A DNA stretch of 64,000 bases from Thermoanaerobaculia bacterium (lineage in GTDB: Bacteria > Acidobacteriota > Thermoanaerobaculia > Gp7-AA8): positions 848 to 64,847 of the forward strand of contig JBGSYJ010000285.1 in assembly GCA_041750915.1 (NCBI GenBank), written 5' to 3'. Shown here piece by piece: positions 39,246 to 48,690 of the stretch. Made by a program: the position numbers and the translations under genes. The notes under the pieces were generated by a model. The model worked only from the letters and a program-made list of their open reading frames with translations, was not told the origin of the DNA and did no database searches. Position 1 is the stretch's first letter. Every line of letters begins with the position of its first letter.

Positions 39246-40580
39246 ATGCGTTCGTCCCGCTTGTTTGCCCTCGTCGCCGGTATCGCGCTGTTCGTCTCAT
39301 CGCCCGCGCATGCGCAGTCGCTCAATCTGCGCGACATGCTCACGAACTTTCTGCTCGAAGGCGTCGTGCTAAGTCCACCGCCACCGGCGTCGGGCTTCCC
39401 CTCTCACGAAGCGCATTTCATCGGAACCGACTCACCGCAGTTCCAGGCGCTCGAGCAGTTCAACACCGCGCTCGCGCAGCAGCTCTCTTCGTTTCCGCTT
39501 GCCTCATCCGCCGGCGGGTTCACCTACGAGTACGATCCGGAGCTCGGCGTGTTCAACCGGGCATCGAACAGCTTCGGACCGGTGTATGCCGAGCGTGCGA
39601 ATACGATCGGTCGAGGGAAGTTCAATTTCGGTATCAACTCGAGCCGGTTCAGCTTTGAGAGTCTTGACGATCTGTCGCTGCAGGACGGAGACGTGCGGCT
39701 CGTCTTCGCGCACATTGATGTGAATAACGACGACGATCTGACGAGGCCCTTCTTCGAGGGCGACATCATCACGGGTCAGCTCTTCATGAAGGTCGAGAGT
39801 GAGATCACGGCGTTCGTTCTGACTTATGGAGTCAACGACCGCTTAGATATCGGGGCGGCAATTCCCCTCGTGAGGGTTGACGTCGACGTGCAGTCGAACC
39901 TTCAGATCCAGCGCATCGCAACGGGGGACGACTCTCCGATTCACGTGTTCCTCAATGGAGGGACGACCGATACGGTGCGGCAAAGCGGCAGTGCCTCCGG
40001 CGTTGGAGATGTTCTGGTTCGCGCGAAGTACCGGTTGACTGATAGCCCGCGCGGCGGACTTGCTTTCGGAGCAGATCTGCGACTCCCCACCGGGGAGGAT
40101 CGAGACCTCCTCGGCACAGGGGCCACGCAGTTCAAGGCGGTTGTGATCGGATCGTTGACCGCGGGCGCAGTCTCACCGCACATCAACGCCGGCTACCTTT
40201 TCTCCAGCGGGGGAGATACCGAAGTTCCCGACGAGATCGTTTACGCTGCGGGCATCGACTGGGCCGTCCACCCGCGTATGACATTCGCCGTCGACGTGCT
40301 GGGACGCAACGTTCAGGATGCGCGGACCGTAAACGTGGAGCCTGCGACGTTCCTGGCAAACACGAATCCCGATCGGAACACACCACCAGTGCTGGTGATG
40401 CGGCAATTTCCCAGTCTGTTCACCGAGGTCGAGGACTCGAACATTGTTACGGGGTCAGTCGGTGTGAAGGTGAACCCGTTCGGGAACCTGCTCGTGACGA
40501 TCAATGGACTTTTCTCGCTCAGCGGGGAGGGGCTGCAGAGCCGGTTCGCTCCTCTGATCGGACTCGATTACAGCTTCTGA
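39246..40580 (+). CDS. secreted putative outer-membrane beta-barrel protein
   Basis: Signal peptide ending AHAQS, alternating amphipathic beta-strand pattern, and the C-terminal aromatic ending GLDYSF. Confidence 0.5.
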   Translation: MRSSRLFALVAGIALFVSSPAHAQSLNLRDMLTNFLLEGVVLSPPPPASGFPSHEAHFIGTDSPQFQALEQFNTALAQQLSSFPLASSAGGFTYEYDPELGVFNRASNSFGPVYAERANTIGRGKFNFGINSSRFSFESLDDLSLQDGDVRLVFAHIDVNNDDDLTRPFFEGDIITGQLFMKVESEITAFVLTYGVNDRLDIGAAIPLVRVDVDVQSNLQIQRIATGDDSPIHVFLNGGTTDTVRQSGSASGVGDVLVRAKYRLTDSPRGGLAFGADLRLPTGEDRDLLGTGATQFKAVVIGSLTAGAVSPHINAGYLFSSGGDTEVPDEIVYAAGIDWAVHPRMTFAVDVLGRNVQDARTVNVEPATFLANTNPDRNTPPVLVMRQFPSLFTEVEDSNIVTGSVGVKVNPFGNLLVTINGLFSLSGEGLQSRFAPLIGLDYSF

Positions 40581-40589
40581 TCCGGCAGA

Positions 40590-42713
40590 TCAGCGGATCG
40601 AGGTGATCACCCAGTTTGCCCCGCGGCGAGCGAGGCTGATCGTCCTCTCTCCGCCAACGCGCTGTTCGCTGCCGGCGCGGGGAGTGGCCACTCTCGTCTC
40701 GGTTGCACGGACGGTGGCCGACTGGCCATCCCCGGAGATCTCCACGCTCCTGATCTCGAGTGTCAGACTCTGCGATCGGAGGGAGGAGAAGCCCGATTCG
40801 ATCCGTCGGCGGTCAGCTGAAGGATAGACGGAGAGGTAGGCGTCGGCGTCGAGCGCTTCCGCTGCGTTCACGTAGCGCTGGATCGCGTTCCGCACGCGCG
40901 GCTCTTCGGAGACTGTGGGACGGGGAGTATCCACAGGCGTTTCAGCCTTCTTTCTTTTCTCGAGCTCAGCCTGTGCCTGATCGCGGCGTTCCTGTTCTCT
41001 CTTCTGTCTCTCCGCCTCGGCCAGTGCGGCAGCGGCGGCAGCGGCGTTCGCATCGTTCGTCTGCTGGACGAGTCGGCGTTTCGTTTCATCCCGTGCGGCG
41101 ACTGCCGCTTCGTCGTAGATTCGCAGCGCCGAGAGAAAACTTCCGCCGGCCGCGTCCATTCTTCCTGATCTGAACTGGCTTTCGGCACGCCGTTCCGTAT
41201 CTTCGGCGCGACGAAAGAGCACCGCTGCCAGGTCCCGGGCTCCCGCGCTGGCGGCCGCGGTCTTGGCAGCCAGCATCCTGATTCGTGAGCGTTCGGCGAC
41301 GCTCCGCCCGGGCTCCGTTTGTGGGTTCTGTTCGGCAGCCTCTCCGACGACAGTTTCCTCGGGTGCTGTCGTCGTCGTGACGACAGTCGTCGTCTCAGGC
41401 TCGGCGGGACCGGAGGTCTCCGGCTTGACGAGAAGCGTTGCGACCGATGCAGTGTCGGAAGGCGGGGCCGAAGATGTCTCTGCCGGCTTTCGGTTCTCTA
41501 CGACGTCTGCGGGCCCCTGCCTGAAGAACGTGATACCGGCGACCCCGACGATGATCAGAAGAGCGGCGGCCCAGATCACGGGTGATGGCCGGCGGCGCTC
41601 AGCAGATGGTCCGATCACAGTCGCCCCGGAGTCCTGTGCACCGTCGACTGCGGCGGAATCGAACTCGGTAGCCTCCCCATCGTCGATCGATGCATCGATG
41701 GTCGAAGCCATCGGCATCGGGGTGTTGGATGGCTGAAAACGGCGGTTCAGCCGTTCCTGTGCGCTGGGCGTCGGCGTCGGGTGATCGGGCAGTGCGCTTT
41801 CCGATGTTGATTGCACGAGCTCCATGAATGCTGCCGCCTCGACCATGTCCGGCCTCGGGAGCTTCGCCTGACTCGATTCGAGGGTCCGGAGCAGGGTCGT
41901 CGCATCGGGAAAGCGATCGTCTCTCTTCTTCTGAAGTGCGTGGAGAACGAGTTCCCTGACGTCTTCTGAAATCCGACCTTCAGGATCCGACTCTTCGAAC
42001 GGAATCGGCGGCTGGAACAGATGCGCTGCGGCGAGCTGGTGAGCGGTGTCCCCTCGGATCGGAAGTTGTCCGGTCAGCATCTGATAGAGAACGACCGCGA
42101 GGGAGTAGAGGTCGGTCCTTCCATCGAGCGGGAGCCCGTCGGACATCAGCTGCTCGGGTGACGAGTACTTGAACTTTCCGATGAAGACGCCGGTCTTGGT
42201 CACTCCGTCGTCGGCATCGAGTGCCTTGGCGATTCCGAGGTCGATCAGTTTGACGAGAAGCCGGCCGTCGTGATCGGTGGTGAGCATGATGTTTTCCGGA
42301 GAGATGTCTCGGTGGATCACCCGTTTCCGATGGAGGTACTCGAGCGCTTCGAGACTCTGATGTGCGATCTCGAGGGCCAGGGGCACCTCGAGCGGGCCGC
42401 TGAGCTTGATCCAGTCCGCGAGACTTACACCTTCGATGTACTCCATGACGATGTACGCCGTCATCTCCTCGTCGACGGCGTAATCGAAGATCAGACAGAT
42501 ATTGCGGTGCCGGACCCTGGTGATGAGCTGCGCTTCCTGGGCGAAGCGGCGCTGGAGATCGGGATTGTCCGCGCCCTGGGTGCGCATGACCTTGATGACA
42601 CGGATTTCATCGAGGAGGCCATGATGCACCTTGTAGATGGCCCCCATCCCTCCTTCTCGCAGCTTGGAGAGAATGCGGTATTTCCCATCGATGAGGGTGC
42701 CGGTTTCGGGCAA
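40590..42713 (-). CDS. Ser/Thr protein kinase with Pro-rich linker, TM segment and NTF2-like C-terminal domain
   Basis: Kinase subdomains GGMGAIYKV, HRDISPENIM and DLGIAKA. TTG start with CAGGAGG upstream. Confidence 0.85.
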   Translation of the reverse strand: MPETGTLIDGKYRILSKLREGGMGAIYKVHHGLLDEIRVIKVMRTQGADNPDLQRRFAQEAQLITRVRHRNICLIFDYAVDEEMTAYIVMEYIEGVSLADWIKLSGPLEVPLALEIAHQSLEALEYLHRKRVIHRDISPENIMLTTDHDGRLLVKLIDLGIAKALDADDGVTKTGVFIGKFKYSSPEQLMSDGLPLDGRTDLYSLAVVLYQMLTGQLPIRGDTAHQLAAAHLFQPPIPFEESDPEGRISEDVRELVLHALQKKRDDRFPDATTLLRTLESSQAKLPRPDMVEAAAFMELVQSTSESALPDHPTPTPSAQERLNRRFQPSNTPMPMASTIDASIDDGEATEFDSAAVDGAQDSGATVIGPSAERRRPSPVIWAAALLIIVGVAGITFFRQGPADVVENRKPAETSSAPPSDTASVATLLVKPETSGPAEPETTTVVTTTTAPEETVVGEAAEQNPQTEPGRSVAERSRIRMLAAKTAAASAGARDLAAVLFRRAEDTERRAESQFRSGRMDAAGGSFLSALRIYDEAAVAARDETKRRLVQQTNDANAAAAAAALAEAERQKREQERRDQAQAELEKRKKAETPVDTPRPTVSEEPRVRNAIQRYVNAAEALDADAYLSVYPSADRRRIESGFSSLRSQSLTLEIRSVEISGDGQSATVRATETRVATPRAGSEQRVGGERTISLARRGANWVITSIR

Positions 42714-42848
42714 CGCGGAGGCCTCCTGAAGCGATAGCGAGCACTGGGCGGTGCCTTATTGTACGTCATGGATGGCGGATGCCCGAACCCGTCCGGCGAT
42801 GACGCGAATCGTGCCGATGCTGAGGGTCTTTTGCCGGCGAACAGTGGG

Positions 42849-43352
42849 TCAGCGTGAGAGAGGATCCGCCATGAGAGCCAGCGTCGCTGTTGAGACTCGC
42901 GAGCAGGTCTGTCCAGGGGATCTGTGGCGGGACCAGCTGATTCCGCGGAGGGGCCGGTCACCGGTTCCGTCACCTTCGACCAGATGCACTGTCCCCATGC
43001 TGACGGCGATGATCGGGATTCCAATCCTCTCTGCTTCTTTTCTGTCGTGGGCAGACAGATCGCGGCAGCAGCGCGGATGGGTGTGTGCAATTGCGATCGT
43101 CCCGGGCGGGATGACTCCGCGGTGTGAGGTTTTCTGAAACTCTGCGGACTGATTCCAGAGCTCGCAGCGGATCATGCCGTCAGAATCGCGCACGAGGAAT
43201 GCCCCGACCTCAGCATGCCCGTTTCCATATCCGGATCGGGAAGCCAGGTCCGCAAGGAGCGGCATGAGCTCTTCGACGCGCAGCCGATCTTCACCATGGA
43301 TGGGCGACGAGAGCAGGAGTGCGGCGATCGAGCACGCGAGCAGGATTCGCAT
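42849..43352 (-). CDS. secreted protein with JAMM/MPN+-like metalloprotease motif
   Basis: Signal peptide followed by AIAHTHPRCCRDLSAHD, which fits HxHx7SxxD, with an upstream Glu (ELWNQ). Confidence 0.45.
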   Translation of the reverse strand: MRILLACSIAALLLSSPIHGEDRLRVEELMPLLADLASRSGYGNGHAEVGAFLVRDSDGMIRCELWNQSAEFQKTSHRGVIPPGTIAIAHTHPRCCRDLSAHDRKEAERIGIPIIAVSMGTVHLVEGDGTGDRPLRGISWSRHRSPGQTCSRVSTATLALMADPLSR

Positions 43353-43452
43353 GCATCGAATCTGCGGCGCGCGTCGCTCGTGGTCGCAGGCAAACCCTAA
43401 GAGAACCGTAGGAATACGGTGGGATCAGGTGGAGGGGGATTTAGAATGGGGG

Positions 43453-43649
<197 letters not shown>

Positions 43650-43655
43650 AGCCAT

Positions 43656-44300
43656 ATGCGCGTTCGATTCAACGACTTCGTATTCGATGCTGAGCGTCGT
43701 GAACTGACGCGCAGCGGAAGCCTTGTCCATTTGACACCGAAGAGTTTCGATCTTCTTGCCGTGCTGATTGCGAATCATCCGCGAGCGGTGCGCAAGGAAG
43801 AGCTCTACGAGCAGCTGTGGCCCGACACTTTCGTCGAATATGCAAACCTCAACAACCTGATCTCGGAGATTCGGGGCGCACTCGGTGACAGCGAAAGAAG
43901 GATGATCCAGACCAAGACGCGCTTCGGGTTCGCCTTCGCTGCCGTGACCGAGTTGGAAGGCAACGGATCGGCCGCGACGAGGGATCGCCTTTTTCGAGTC
44001 AGCGCCGGTGGTAAGACGTATGAACTGCGGCCCGGGAGAAATCTGATCGGACGCGAGCTGGACTGTGCGATCGTGATCGACTCGCCTTCAGTCTCGCGCT
44101 ACCACGCGGTCATCGAAGTTGCCGGACCCGTGGCAATGATCGAAGATCTCGGCAGCAAAAACGGCACCTTCGTCCGGGCGCATCGCATCACGGCGGCTGT
44201 CGAATTGCGCGATCGAGACGAGATTGAAATCGGCCGCACCCTTTTGCGCTTCCGGATCTTCGACCGCCGTGCGGCCACGGTGAGCGACCCGAGACGCTGA
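43656..44300 (+). CDS. transcriptional regulator: OmpR/PhoB-type winged helix (trans_reg_C) fused to FHA domain
   Basis: The N-terminus resembles the ToxR/CadC DNA-binding domain (VRFNDFVFDAERRELTR...VHLTPKSFDLLAVL). The C-terminal FHA carries GRNLIGRE...SRYHAVIE...NGTFV. The listed ORF start is inside the heptamer repeat. Confidence 0.75.
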   Translation: MRVRFNDFVFDAERRELTRSGSLVHLTPKSFDLLAVLIANHPRAVRKEELYEQLWPDTFVEYANLNNLISEIRGALGDSERRMIQTKTRFGFAFAAVTELEGNGSAATRDRLFRVSAGGKTYELRPGRNLIGRELDCAIVIDSPSVSRYHAVIEVAGPVAMIEDLGSKNGTFVRAHRITAAVELRDRDEIEIGRTLLRFRIFDRRAATVSDPRR

Positions 44301-44428
44301 ACGGGGGCGCCAGGGGTCGGAGCGTGGCGTTTGCCATCGGGTTGGATACAGTTCAGTTGCAGAAGAGCCCCGGGAAGCCCGCAGGCGGTATGATCCGAAG
44401 ACGATGCTTCTGCATCGCGGAGGTTCCG

Positions 44429-45721
44429 ATGACTCGACGCATGCGAATCGGCAACTGGGACTTTGCTCCCGACCTTCATCTGCTAAGCCGGGAGGGCACA
44501 GAGATCCGGCTGGAACGGAAGCAGGCCGAGGTGTTGTCGGCACTTGCCGCCCGTGCGGGCGAGGTGCTCACCCGCGACGAGTTGCTGAGCATCGTCTGGG
44601 GCGAGATCAGCGTGACGGAAGAAGTACTGACGAACGCGATCTACAGTCTGCGGCGGGCCTTCGAGGACGACTCGAGAAGGCCGGAGTACATCCAGACAAT
44701 CCCTCGCCGCGGCTACCGTCTGGTGGCCGAGGTGGCCGAAACGAAGTCCCCGGAACGAACCGCACAGCCTCCCGTGAAGCGAGGCCGCGCACTTGTGGCC
44801 GCGGCTGTGATCGTTGCATGCATCCTCGCGATCTCGGGGTTTCTCTATGGATCGCTCCGCGATGCCGCCCGCTTGGAGGTTGCCGCAATCATCGCGGAAG
44901 CCGAGGCCGAGCTCGATCGCGGAACTCCGGAGTCCGTCCGCCGTGCCCTCGATCTCTACGAGCGCGCCATTGCCGCGGACTCCTCCGATGCCACGGCGCT
45001 CGCGGGCCGCGCGCTCGTCCTCGCAGAACTCCCCGCACCATCGGGTGCTTCGCGCGCGTCTTCCCGCTCCAGCGCAGAGCGCGACGCTGAGCGGGCCTTG
45101 CGAATCGATCCCGAGCTCTCCGATCCTCATGTCGTCCTCGGCACGATCCGGCTGGCCGAGTGGAACTGGCCGGCGGCGGAAGGTCATCTCCGTCGCGCCG
45201 TCGAGGCCGGCCCCCGCTCTGCCCGCGCACAAGCAGCGCTCGCCGAGTATCTTCTGCTCGCGGGGCGAGCGGAGGAAGCTCGAAGGTCCGCTGTCCTGGC
45301 CTCGAGGCTTGCGCCTGATTCCGTTCGCGTCCGACTCAGCACCGGTTTCGTTCACACGATGCTTCGCGACGACGCGAGCGCAATCGCCGATTACCGGCAC
45401 GTGCTATTGCGCGATCCGGGACATGCATCGGCGAGACGACAGATCGAGAAGCTGACGACCAGGAATGACGGCGAGGATTCGAGTCCCGAAGCGCTCCTCC
45501 GAAACGTTGATTCGCTGTTGAGAAAAGGGGAGATCCGCCCGGCAATCGTGGCTGGAATGTTTGCCGAGGCAGGGGAAACCGATCGCGCGCTGGAATGGCT
45601 CGAGCGCGCTCGCGACCAGAAGGATCTCTCGATCCTTTTGGTTCGCCTCGACGACCGATGGCAGAAACTGCATGCCGAGCCGCGACTCCAGGCCATCCTG
45701 GCGAGCGTCGGGCCGCGCTGA
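44429..45721 (+). CDS. membrane-anchored winged-helix (trans_reg_C) regulator with TM segment and TPR domain (ToxR/CadC/EmbR-like)
   Basis: wHTH motif NWDFAPDLHLLSREGTEIRLERKQAEVLSALA...TIPRRGYRL, TM ALVAAAVIVACILAISGFL, and TPR-like helices. GCGGAGG lies before the ATG at 44429. Confidence 0.7.
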   Translation: MTRRMRIGNWDFAPDLHLLSREGTEIRLERKQAEVLSALAARAGEVLTRDELLSIVWGEISVTEEVLTNAIYSLRRAFEDDSRRPEYIQTIPRRGYRLVAEVAETKSPERTAQPPVKRGRALVAAAVIVACILAISGFLYGSLRDAARLEVAAIIAEAEAELDRGTPESVRRALDLYERAIAADSSDATALAGRALVLAELPAPSGASRASSRSSAERDAERALRIDPELSDPHVVLGTIRLAEWNWPAAEGHLRRAVEAGPRSARAQAALAEYLLLAGRAEEARRSAVLASRLAPDSVRVRLSTGFVHTMLRDDASAIADYRHVLLRDPGHASARRQIEKLTTRNDGEDSSPEALLRNVDSLLRKGEIRPAIVAGMFAEAGETDRALEWLERARDQKDLSILLVRLDDRWQKLHAEPRLQAILASVGPR

Positions 45722-45852
45722 GCAGCATCGCGTCGCAGCTCATTCGCCGTCCCCGAGCAACTCCTGATCGAATCCTGATCTTTCCCTCAGGATTCTGAAC
45801 CCTCCTCTCTCTCAAAGTGTCTCTGAGAAACGAGACAGAGGAGGTCCTTCTG

Positions 45853-48231
45853 ATGCGCAACGTGCCGCTGCTGACTGTCGTGTTCGCAGTTCTTCTCGTC
45901 CAGGGAGCGTCCGCCGCGTCCGAGGGGATGCTCGAAACCGAGCCAGGGGTCGGGATCTACTGGCGAGCTCTCGGCCAGGGCGCCGAGACCGTGATCATCC
46001 CGGGAGATTTTCTCTTCGGCGGTGATATGGACGTTCTCGCAAACGGCCGGCGGGTGGTGCTCTATGACATGCGGAACCGTGGGCGCTCGCGCCGTGTGAC
46101 TGACCCGTCGCTCCTCACGCTCAACGGTGACGTGCGTGACCTCGAAGCTCTCCGGCGAGAGGTGGGGGCCGAGAAATTCTCGACGATCGGGTACTCGGTC
46201 CTGGGCAAGCTGGTCATTCTCTATGCCCTGCAGTATCCCGAGCGCGTGGAGAGAATCGTTCAGATCGGTCCGGTCGGAATGAGATTCGGGGCGGCGATGC
46301 CTCCGGTCTACGACAACACGCGCGAGGACGTCATGGACTCCGATGCGCTTGCCGCTATACGCCAGCTCCGTTCCACCGGCTTTCACGAAACGAATCCGCA
46401 GGAGTATTGCGAGCGGGAGTGGCTCGTCACGCGCGTTCGTCTCGTTGGCGATCCGTCGATGGCGGAAAAGCTGAAGTCCTATTGCGCCATGGAGAACGAG
46501 TGGGCCACCAACTTTGCCTTTCACCTCCAGCATCACTTTGCATCCGCTCGTGAGACGCATGTCAGCCCGGCCGAAGTCCGCGATGTGACGTCTCCGGTTC
46601 TCACGGTGCACGGCACACTCGACAGGAATGCGCCGTATGGTGCGGGGCGCGAATGGGCGGCGACGATACCCGATGCGAGGCTGCTGACCGTGGAGGGTGG
46701 CGCGCATCAGGTGTGGTTGGACGATCCGAAGATTATCGACGAGATCGCCGAGTTTCTCGACGGGTCGTGGCCTGCACGCTCCGAGGATCTCGACATCTCT
46801 TCGGAAGAATGGCTCTCGCAGCTTCGGGGATGGGAGTTGCTCACCAGAGTGCGCGAAGCGACCGATGATGGCGGCGTGGACTTCTCCACATCCCCAGTGA
46901 AAGTCGGGTTCTCAGGAGCCCTCTATCCACATTCCCAGTCGGCGAGGCCGGTTCCGCCCTTCACTCCTTTTCCGACAACGGACGATGTGATTCTCGATCT
47001 CGCATCGAACAGGATCGCTGCACGGCATGAGATGAAATGGCCGAATTTCACTTCGCGGGTCAGGATCGTCGCCAGAGGAGATGAGGGGTTCGAGGTCGCT
47101 GGCGAAAGCTCTCGTGCCTCGACGCTCGGGGTGAGTGCCGACGATCTGCGACTCCGATATATGCGGCGACTTCCGGCAATCCTGATCGAAGAGGCGCTGA
47201 GAGACCCGGCTTCGATCCGTCTTCTCGGAACCCGCGATCTCCGGCGGGACCGCTTCAGCCTTGTGAATGTCGAAGTCGAAGATTCTCGGCTGACGTTGTG
47301 GTTTGATAAGGACGAGAGGCTTACCCGCACGACACGGCTCATTCACGACGGCCTGCTGGGCGACGTGCTCGAGGAGACGATCTATTCATCCGAAGAGTCC
47401 TCGCGTGGATGGCCGCGGCGCGTTCAGGTCTTCTTCAACCGCACGCTGGCGGCCGAGTTCGCGGTCCAGACGCGCGAAGCGCCGAACGCTGAAGAACTGC
47501 GCCAGGCGTTCGAGCTTCCCGCGGAGGGTCTTTCTCCGGCAAGTGCAAGCGAGCCGCTCGACATCCGCAGACTCGCAGATCGTGTCTGGCTCGTAACGGG
47601 GATCGGTGGGCGCGACTACCGCAGTCTCGTCGTCGAGCGGGACGACGCCCTGCTTCTTGGTGAAACGCCGCTCAGCAGGGAGGCGATGGAATCAGTTCTC
47701 GATCTTCTCTCGAAGCATTTTCCGGATAAGTCTGTACGAACTGCCGTGGTCACGCACCATCACTTCGATCACGCAGGCGGGGTGACGGCGCTCATGCGGG
47801 CCGGTGCGAAGATCGTGACGGCGCCGGGGAATGCGGCGTTCTTCCGCGAGATCGCAGCTGCACCTCGGACGATCGACGGAGGTTCCCGAATTCCGCGCGT
47901 GGAACTGGAGCTCGTGCTCGAGGATCGGATCGCTCTCCCGGGCTCCGGCCCGGCCGTCGAGGTGCATCGGATCGAAGCCGCGGGCCACGCGGAAGAAATG
48001 CTCTTTCTCTGGCTCCCGAAAGAACGGATTCTATTTCAGGGAGATCTGTTCGTGCACTTTCCTGACGCGCCCGAAAGAGCGAGGCCGCAGGCGGTCTCGC
48101 TCCTCGAGAGCGTCACAAGCCGATCGCTGCCCGTGGACCGGATCGTCGGTGTTCATGGAGAAGTTGCCACGCTCGACGATCTCCGGAGGGCGGTAGAGCG
48201 AGCGGGTAGGCCAGGAGTGCCTGGCCAGTAA
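45853..48231 (+). CDS. secreted alpha/beta-hydrolase fused to metallo-beta-lactamase-fold domain
   Basis: The signal peptide follows a GAGGAGG ribosome-binding site. Nucleophile elbow GYSVLG in the N-terminal ~300 aa; MBL motif VVTHHHFDHAGG (HxHxDH) in the C-terminal ~250 aa. Confidence 0.7.
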   Translation: MRNVPLLTVVFAVLLVQGASAASEGMLETEPGVGIYWRALGQGAETVIIPGDFLFGGDMDVLANGRRVVLYDMRNRGRSRRVTDPSLLTLNGDVRDLEALRREVGAEKFSTIGYSVLGKLVILYALQYPERVERIVQIGPVGMRFGAAMPPVYDNTREDVMDSDALAAIRQLRSTGFHETNPQEYCEREWLVTRVRLVGDPSMAEKLKSYCAMENEWATNFAFHLQHHFASARETHVSPAEVRDVTSPVLTVHGTLDRNAPYGAGREWAATIPDARLLTVEGGAHQVWLDDPKIIDEIAEFLDGSWPARSEDLDISSEEWLSQLRGWELLTRVREATDDGGVDFSTSPVKVGFSGALYPHSQSARPVPPFTPFPTTDDVILDLASNRIAARHEMKWPNFTSRVRIVARGDEGFEVAGESSRASTLGVSADDLRLRYMRRLPAILIEEALRDPASIRLLGTRDLRRDRFSLVNVEVEDSRLTLWFDKDERLTRTTRLIHDGLLGDVLEETIYSSEESSRGWPRRVQVFFNRTLAAEFAVQTREAPNAEELRQAFELPAEGLSPASASEPLDIRRLADRVWLVTGIGGRDYRSLVVERDDALLLGETPLSREAMESVLDLLSKHFPDKSVRTAVVTHHHFDHAGGVTALMRAGAKIVTAPGNAAFFREIAAAPRTIDGGSRIPRVELELVLEDRIALPGSGPAVEVHRIEAAGHAEEMLFLWLPKERILFQGDLFVHFPDAPERARPQAVSLLESVTSRSLPVDRIVGVHGEVATLDDLRRAVERAGRPGVPGQ

Positions 48232-48428
48232 TCGGGAGCGACGGCCCCATCCCTTACTTCCCTGGAAAGGCAGACTTTTTTCCGGGCCTGATCCCCTGCT
48301 GTCCCGACGGCCGCGCCAAGCAGTCCAACCATTGGGGTCGCCATTGGGGTCGTAGCTTCAGTCGACAAGCACGTACTACGACAAGGAGGAGTTGTCATCG
48401 GACTGACCAAGCCGTCATATCGAGTTGC

Positions 48429-48625
48429 GGACTGGAGCTGCCCCAATGGCTGCCCGGCTGAAGCTGCGACCCCGACGCTTTCTTAGGCGACGGCTTACCG
48501 GACTGGAGCTGCGACCCCGACGGCTTACCGACGGCTTACCGCCGACGGCTTACCGGACTGAAGCTGCGACCCCGACGGCTTACCGCGCCGACGGCTTACC
48601 GCGACCCGACGGCTTACCGGATCCC
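48429..48625. repeat. nested tandem repeat array (CGACGGCTTACCG x7; GGACTGRAGCTGCGACCCCGAC x3)
   Basis: Read directly in the intergenic region between convergent genes. The units and gaps are too short and irregular for a CRISPR array. Confidence 0.8.
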
Positions 48626-48690
48626 CACGCTGCTGACGCCGCCCTGCTCGACGCATCGCAGCAAGTACGAGAGCATTGAAACACCGGCGC

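Noticed and set aside
48429-48625. Tandem repeat array considered as a CRISPR locus
   Set aside because: The repeat units are 13-22 nt, they are contiguous or separated by a few bases only, and there are no unique spacers and no cas genes.
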